From NCBI GenBank assembly GCA_029717555.1, contig JAMDHS010000035.1:1-64000 (forward strand): a DNA stretch of 64,000 bases, given 5' to 3'. Shown piece after piece: positions 56,598 through 64,000 of this stretch; position 1 is the first letter of the stretch, and every line of letters begins with the position of its first letter. Both the position numbers and the translations under genes were made by a program. The notes under the pieces are model-generated. The model was not told the origin of the DNA, did no database searches, and was given only the letters and a program-made list of their open reading frames with translations. The DNA is from Peribolospora baueri. Taxonomy: Eukaryota.

Positions 56598-59500
56598 TCA
56601 AAGCTTGAGCTCCTGCAAGATCCTCCTAGCGAGCTGTTGGTACTGCCAGCTGTTACCGCCGACCCTCCGGAACTGCAAGCCGTTGACGCCGAGCAAGAGG
56701 GGCACCTTTACGATGAACACCTCGAAACGGACGACGAGCTCGCTCACCGCCGCCCTGGCGTCGTTCGGACTGTTCATCACGCCGCCGGGGCTCATCAGGT
56801 TCGGGTTCGCCGTCGACAAGCCGTCTACGCGGAGCCGGTTCGGCGTGACGGCCGTCGGCATGGGGGCGTTACTGGCGTCCGTCGCAGCCGGCGTGGGATG
56901 CGTCTGAGCCGCTGGGCTCGGCATGCCCCGGCTCGGTGTAGTAGGGCAAGCGCCGCCGCTACCGGGGCCGTTGGCGTTGGCGTTGGCGGCCGACGCGTCG
57001 ATTTCGGTGCCCATGGTAAGCGAGCTGGCTCGGCTGAGAGGATTGTGGTGGTACGCCGAGTTGGCGTCGTGGGACAGGGCAGCTACGGAGGAGGTGCTTC
57101 CGGTGATGCTGCCCTCGCCCCGCTTGCTCCTCTCCCGGCTCCTGCCGCTCACGAACGAGATCCTGCTCGGCTTCCTCTTCGGCGGCTGATGATGTTGTCC
57201 TTGGTCCCCCTCATCGGGTGCGGCGTTGCGACTGCCCGCTCCCACGGATGATAGGTCGAGCGACGGCAGGTGCACGCACTCGTACCCGCCCTTGACCTCT
57301 CGGTACTGCACGCCTATGCGTTCGAGCACCTTGACCAGGTCGGCCCGGATGACGTGTACCGGTTTCGTGCTCGTCGTCTGCACGCTGAACAGGCCCTTGA
57401 GGAAAACGGGCTTGGCATAGTCGCTGGTCGGAGTGGTGACCAAGCTCGGCTGAGGACCGCCGGAGCGGGAGTAGGACGGGATCGCGCTGGCCTGCTCGGG
57501 CGACATCACGGGACCATGCCATCGGGCCGCCTCGTCGAGTGGCTGCGAGGCGGTATCGGTCGTTCGAGCGGGAGACGGCATACTGAACGCGCCGGTGATC
57601 GAGCCGGCCGTCTTGGGCCTCCTCGGAGAGCTTCGTTCCGGCGCGATGGCCACCCCGCCCGAGCGGCCGACGGAAGCGGCGCCAGCGATGGAGAACTGGC
57701 GATGGTGGTGGTTGTTCTTGGTGGGCGACCCCATCATGCGCGCCTCCCCCCCCACCGTGCCCGCCCGCCTAACGCCGGGTCCGGTCATCGCTCTCGGAGG
57801 AGACTCGAACACGTCCGACTCGTCCTCCTCTCCCGCCAAGCGCTCCATTCTCTCAGCGCCCATCGACGCGCGATGGTGGTCCTGGACCGCCCTCTGCTCC
57901 GCTGCGGCCGCTTCCTTGACATCCGGCAAGGGCTTGGTAGCAGGCGAGAACATGCTCGCGCGCTGGGCCGGCGCTAAGGGCGTGCTCGTGCTCGCGCTCG
58001 GCCGCGGCCGTCGCCGGGACGAGTCGGCATCGCCGCTGGCGACAGAGGGGGACCGACCGAGGAGCGAACCAAAGCGGCGGGCTAGGGTGCCGCCGAAAGG
58101 ACCGGCGCTGTGGGGCGGTTCGACAAGGAAAGGGTCGTCTCCGGGCGGCTTGCCCTTGCCCTCGTCTCGAGGGGACATCATGACGTGTACGCTCCGTCTG
58201 TGCTCCGCGTTGGCCCTGCTTCCGATGCGGGAAAGCCGGCGCGCCGGCGAAGGGACAATGGCCTCGTCATCGGCGTTTTCCTCGATCACGGGCGGCTGCG
58301 CAGCCGCCGCTGCGGCGGCGGCAGAAGGTCCGAGGATGGACGCGGGACGTCGAGCGGTCAAGCTCAAGCTGCGCTTGTGACCGCCTGCCGGCGGCAGACG
58401 GGGAGGGGGGGCGGGCATGCCGGCGGAAGGGGGACCGTTTCGGTAGTCGTCGTCGAACAACTGCATGGGGCTCTTGGGCGGCACGGCAGGCGCAGCATGA
58501 TGGTGGTGGTGGTCGACGCCGGCATCGCTGACGGCCCTTTCGAGTTCTTCGCCGTTGGTGCGAGAGCGGGGCATGGCGTTGATGCGGCCCGGAGGAGGCA
58601 CGCGCCCCTTGCTGTCCCTCTCCGCCGGGGCGGCCTTATTATAGGCTGCAGCCGCGGCCGCGGCGGGTCGCGGGGGCGTGAAGGTCTGGTGTGTGCTGTA
58701 GCTCGTGCCAGACACGTGGGACGCCTCTGGGGCGCGAGGGGTGGGGGGAAGCGCGTGAGGGGCGTTGAAGACCTGGGGGATGTCGTCCGGCGTCGGGCCG
58801 GGACCCATGGCGGCAGCGGCGGCCAAGTCCGACGGCGTCTGGTGCACGGGCGGACGGGGACCAACGAGAGACATGTCGGAGGCGGCGAAAAAATTCTGCC
58901 CGTATATGCGCTCGCGTTCCATCTTCTCCCTGACGAGGTAGTAGATGGAGATGAGGGGGTGAAAGCCGCGAGTGGGGTCCAGCGGCTCCTTGGCCGCGAG
59001 GGTGCCCGAGCCGGACATGGCGGGCGACAGATTGGCGCCATTGGCGTACGGTCCTGCCGAACCAGGTTCGCCGCCGACGCCATACGTGTCGTCCTTGTCC
59101 GCGCCGTTCGCCCCGGGACCGTTGGAGCCGTGGGAGAAAATGTGACCGCCGGCGATCTTCTTACGGTAAAAGTCGAAACCGGAGAATCGCTTGGAGCCAG
59201 CGCGAGACAGCCTGCCGTTGCTGTCCCCAATGCTTGCGGGGCTGCCGAGGATGCTATTGCGAGCGTTTCGCGCCTGCGAATTAGCGAACGCCGACGTGGG
59301 GCTTTCGATCGAAGTCAAGCTGGCGCCACCAGACTGGCCGAGGGAGACGAAGGAGGCGGCCGGGGAGGTGCTGGAATTCATGCGGGCCTCGTAAGCGCGC
59401 AGACACGCTTGGTACGCGTCGCCGGTGAGGATCTCGACCAGCTTGGCCTCGATCTCCTCTGGCGTGCCGAACTCAAAACCGGTCATGCCTTTGATGACTT

Positions 59501-61116
59501 CCGGATCGAGCGAGTCGGGTTGCAGCGGCTCCCGCGGTGGGAGGTGCGGATCTGGCGGACCGTCGAAGCCTTTGACCATCCAAGGGTGGGAGAGCACTTC
59601 GGACAATGTCGCTCGTTGAAGCGGGCTAATGTTGAGCATTCGGGAGAGAATGTGTTTGCATTCTGGAAAGAGAAAGAACCGGGGGGTGGACGAGTGAGCG
59701 TGATACACACATCGACAAGACGCCCATCAGCAAGGCGATGATATTCACCGCTGGTCAGCCAGTTGGGATAGTCGACGTAGCCTTTCTTGATCTTGGCATG
59801 CAATGCGGGCATGCTCTGGTCGTCAAAGGGGACCTTGCCACAGACGAGGACGTAAAGGACGATGCCAAAACTCCACACGTCGACCTCGGGACCGGTGTAT
59901 ACCTTGGCGTTGAGCAACTCGGGCGCGGCAAAATAGAGGGAACCGCAGAAGGTGGAGAGATGGGAGTGAGGCGAGTAAAGGTTGGAAAGACCAAAGTCGA
60001 TGATTTTGATGTTGCCCGTTTTGGAGATGAGGATGTTTTCAATTTTAAGGTCTGCCATCGGCGGGGGGTTGGGTTTAAAGAAACGAGCGGGCGGGCGTGC
60101 CGGCGACAGCGATCGCTCGGTGCGTTAGCCATGGACGGACGACAACGGAGGCCGGCGAACTCACCTCGATGGACGATGTTATTCCGATGACAGTACTCGA
60201 GCGCGCTTCCGATCTGCCTCATAAACTTTCTCGCCTTGCCCTCCCTCAAACGGCCGTGGGAAATGATAAAGTCGAGGAGCTGCCCTCCGTTGACGTACTC
60301 CTGGACCATGTAATAGTGGTTCGGGTGGACCATCATCTCTCGCATACCGCAGACGTAGGGGTGGTGGAGGAGGAGGCAAAGCGAGCCTTCGCGGATGGTG
60401 CGGATCTCCTTGGAAAGGTCCTTGGCCTGCGCCTTGGCGAGGAAAGAGCGCGTCGGCGGCGTGGGCGGCACCGGGTCCCCATTGTCGTCCACCGTCGGCT
60501 TGGGGTTCTGGGCGGCGGCGGTGGACGTGTGTCGTGGGATGATCTTGATGGCGACCTGGATGGCGGAGGAGGACGTGAAGCGACGGGTGAGCGAGCGCCC
60601 GTCTTCCCCTTTGACGGCTCGAATCGACCCTGCCCGACTCACCTTCTCGCCGGTGCCCATCTTGACGCCCAACTTGACCCTTCCCATACTCCCGGCACCG
60701 AGCGTCTTGCCGAGCGCATAATCGCCCAACGTCCTCCTGTTCCTCCTCTCCTTCTCTCGTTCTCGCTCTCGTTCCCGTTCCCGTTCTCGTTCCCGGTACA
60801 GCTCTCGTTCTCGTTCTCGATCCCGTTCCCGTTCCCGTTCCCGTTCCCGTTCTCGATCCCGATCTTTCTCCCTGTCCCTATCCCCATCGCCCTGCCTCTC
60901 CGGCTCGCCTAGCCGTTCCCTCTGGCCGACCCGGTCCAAGTCCCTCTCTCGATCCGCGTCCGCCTCCCGCATCCTCTCGCCATCGCCGTCCGGCCGTCGT
61001 CGTTCTCGTTCCTCCTCTCCCCTCTCCATGATTATGGTTGTCGCCGGCAAACCGGCCTCTGGGTTTTGAAAGCGAGGCTCGCGGTCGTCGTTCTCCGGCT
61101 CGCGCTCCTGGTCCAT
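56598..61116 (-). CDS. KIN1: Kin1/MARK-family Ser/Thr kinase with C-terminal KA1 domain, multi-exon
   Basis: [120 protein letters not shown], and KA1 [31 protein letters not shown]. The start is tentative. Confidence 0.93.
60757..60858 (-). repeat. Coding hexamer repeat (CGGGAA/CGAGAA) encoding an Arg-Glu dipeptide tract in the Kin1 N-terminus
   Basis: Encodes [36 protein letters not shown]. Confidence 0.85.
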
Positions 61117-61775
61117 GTGCGAATCGGATTGAATCCGGCGGGCGGGGGCGAGGAGGGCAGGAAGAAGGGAGGGAGGGAGGAACGACGAAAGACGAAAGAG
61201 GATGGCGGGGTGGGATGATGGAAGGGAGCGAGGATGGGAAGACGGGAAGGAGGGAGAGGGTGGTCGTCGTCGTCGACCCGGTCGAACCGACGATAGGCGG
61301 CGGGACGGTGGTGAAGGAGGGAGGCCGAGGTGGCGATGGTGGTGGTGAAGGGGAAGGCGGCGCTGGAGGTGGACCTGTCGCTGGCGCTGGAGCTGGAGCT
61401 CGACGACGTCGTCGACGTCGACCTCAAGTCCGAGTTCGACTGGGATGGATGGAATGGATTGGCTTGGCCTTGGCCTTGGACTGCGCTCGATTCCATCCGC
61501 CCGCCCCGTCTTCGCCCTCCTCACTCACCGCCCCTCGCCTCGCCTCGCCAGCCTCGATGGCGCGGAGCAACGAGATGGGAGGACGCGGACATACGCGGAC
61601 ATGAAGCGGGCAGGCACAGCATGGAGAAAGAGAAACGTGCAGAGGGGGCCGCCACGCGAGCCGAGCCAAGCCTCTCTCTTCTCGGCCGTACCGCGCACTC
61701 GCACAAGGCACTTATTATTACTTGCTTGCTTGCGCTCGCCGGGCCGCCCCGGTCTCGCCGATGGTACTTACGTAC

Positions 61776-61840
61776 GTACATACATACATACACGCATACA
61801 TACATACACGCATACACGCATACACGCATACATACACACA
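61776..61840. repeat. (ACAT)/(ACACGCAT) microsatellite
   Basis: tacatacatacatacacgcatacatacatacacgcatacacgcatacacgcatacatacacaca. Confidence 0.85.
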
Positions 61841-62101
61841 TTCATAGCAGCGCGCGAGACGGTCACGTACATGTGGGGGATATGCGACGAGACACGGAAA
61901 GGAAAGGAAGGAACGGCCACGCGACGACAAATGCATATTAGACAGGGGGGTGGATGATGGATGAATGGACAAATGGATAGATGGATAGAGGGCGCCCAGG
62001 AAAGCGGGAAAGCACGCATGTATGGATGAATTCTATTGCGTCACGCCGCGAGCGCGCGCGCCACTCGTCCGTCCCGCTCGGACGCCGTCCGTAGTCCGTC
62101 G

Positions 62102-63255
62102 TCAGTCGGAGCGCTTCAAGACGAAACGGTACCGGATGTCGCCTTTCTGGAGCCTCTCGACGGCGACGTTGAGGTGCTCCTCGTCCATCGGCAGCGTCTC
62201 GACCAGCGGCCTGATCTTGTGGCGGTCGAAGAACTCGAGCATCTTGAGCAGCGCCAGGCGGTTAGCCACCACCGAGCCTTGTATGGCCAGCTCGTCCTCG
62301 ATGATGGGCAGGTAGGGAACACTCATCATCCCGACGTCGAGCCCCAGCGGCACCATCTTCCCGCGCGGCTTGAGGCAAGCAAAGTACTTCTCCCACGGCA
62401 CCTGCCGCGAGACGGTGCAGAGGAGCCAGTCGAACTTGTCCTCGACGCGCTTCGGCGCAAACGTCTCCCCCTCCGGCACGTTGGTGACGATGTACTCGCG
62501 CGCGCCGAACGACAGGGCCTCGTCGCGCTTCTTCTCCGTGGACGAGAACGCGGCTACGTGACAGCCCCACTTGTTCGCCACCTGGAGGGCGAGGTGGCCG
62601 AGGCCGCCGATGCCGATGATGCCTACGCGGTCCGTGGCCTTGATGCCGAGGTTAAAGAATGGCTGCGGGCGAGGGAGACAAGATACGACGCGACGGATGA
62701 GCGCCCGCCCGCCCGCCCGCCGACCGACCGACGGAAATGCCACCCATCCATTCACTCATGACGGCGAAAGAAAAGAAAGACGACTGGACCCACAGAGAAG
62801 ACGGTGGCGCCGGCGCACATGAGCGGCGCCGCGGTCTCGAACGACATGTCATCGGGGATCTTGAAACAAAAATCCTCCCTGATGACAAAGTACTCCCCGA
62901 AGCCGCCCTGGTCCTTGTCGGCCCTGGCGTAGAACTGCTTCTCTGGGCAGTGTATGTCGTTGCCGGCGAGGCACTGCTCGCAGCGGAGGCATGCGCCATG
63001 GTTGTAACTCCACCCAACCTTGTCGCCGACCTTGATCTGATGGCGCACCTCGGGGCCGAGGGCGACGACGACGCCGACGGCCTCGTGGCCTAGGACATAG
63101 CCCGAGTCAAGATAGTGTATGTCGGAGAAGCAGAGCCCACATGCCTTGATCTCGATGGCCACACGGTCTGCCGTCAGCTCCGGCAACGTCGCCGTGTCCT
63201 TCACCAGCTTTCCGCCCTTGCCGCGGAACACGGTAAACGATTTGCCCGCGCTCAT
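62102..63255 (-). CDS. Zn-dependent medium-chain alcohol dehydrogenase (cinnamyl-ADH/Adh6-like), 2 exons
   Basis: CGLCFSDIH, GHEAVG, structural-Zn ligands CLRCEQCLAGNDIHC, APLMCAGATVF, GIGGLGHLA, and C-terminal GDIRYRFVL. Confidence 0.92.
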
Positions 63256-64000
63256 GGCGATGGGGAGTGGTGACTATGGAATGCGAGGAGATGGGGGATG
63301 GACGGTGCAAGAGCAAGAGCAAAAGCAAGGAGGTTGAAAGAGGTGAGCAGGCTGGAAGCGAAGGCGAAAGGGCAGACTTGGGGGTTCGGCCGAGGTTGTC
63401 CAGTACAAAAAACCGATCCGATGATGTCTGGCTTGTTTTGCTTTCGGCCGGCACGGACAAGTGAGCTGGCATTTGCTTTTAGCCTTGGCCACATTTTTTG
63501 ACAGGTAGTCAAGCACAGACCCGACGGGGGTAAGAGCTTTTTTTTTTTTGCTGAGTGAGCGATGGGGGGAAGGGGAGCGGCGGGCCCAACGATTTGTTCC
63601 GATGCGCGATGTGCGGATGCGGGAAAACGATGAGCAGGGCAAGAAAGAGAGTCTAGGGCCGAGGCAAACAAACAGATAGAAAGAGATGATTTTTTTTATA
63701 CGTCTCAGATCCGATTCCGACCGGCGACGACGACGCCGGCCAGCCGGGCCGCGCTAGACAACCGACCTCCCGTCTCGTCTCCTTCGGCTGGGTCGCTTTC
63801 GAGCCGCCGGCCAAAAACCATACGCGAGCACGTTGCAATGATAACGGATCTCCGTCCCTTTGTAATCCTCCACATCGTATAGCTACAGCGACCTCCACCT
63901 GCGCTGTCAAAAAAACTAGCGTATGGAAAAAGAAGACGTTAACAAAGTGCGTCGTCGGGTCCGCAGCCGGAATTGGACGGAGCATCGTCCAGGTCTGCCG

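Noticed and set aside
58110..59741. 543-aa plus-strand ORF antisense to KIN1
   Set aside because: Antisense shadow with R/G/V-rich composition typical of the reverse frame.
1..64000. Transposons, rRNA, tRNA, secondary-metabolite cluster or mating-type locus
   Set aside because: I recognised no transposase, reverse transcriptase, terminal repeat, RNA-gene signature, PKS/NRPS, homeodomain or pheromone-receptor motif by eye. An intron-containing tRNA or small snoRNA could have been missed.

Overview
GC-rich, intron-containing eukaryotic DNA. The gene set and splice signals (GTGAG/GTAAG donors, CTRAC-type branch points, YAG acceptors, introns of about 75-200 nt) indicate a basidiomycete fungus. 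About 20 protein-coding genes are present: an F-box-like protein, a GPI-anchored Ser-rich protein, a DUF2470/TMEM254 protein, ATG22, a partly decayed S/P-rich gene, a BRD7/9-like bromodomain protein, proteasome beta7 (PRE4), a malonyl-CoA:ACP transacylase-like protein, head-to-head HSP60/HSP10, a Rua1-C domain regulator, DUF4202, a Pil1-like BAR protein, MCD4/PIG-N, a very large dynamin-like GTPase, mago nashi, TRM5, KIN1 and a Zn-dependent alcohol dehydrogenase. Two loci stand out. (1) A 7-exon, about 2,000-aa gene (43749-50299) whose C-terminal ~790 aa follow the bacterial CrfC/YjdA (RdcA) dynamin-like GTPase motif by motif, behind a ~1,200-aa low-complexity and helical N-terminus. (2) An intact FabD/MCAT homologue (18255-20592) in which both catalytic residues (Ser and His) are Gly, so it is a probable pseudoenzyme. 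There is one assembly gap with a likely Illumina adapter remnant. I recognised no rRNA, tRNA, CRISPR array or transposon. Family assignments come from motif recognition by eye, not database searches. Exon structures are inferred from splice consensus and frame continuity.
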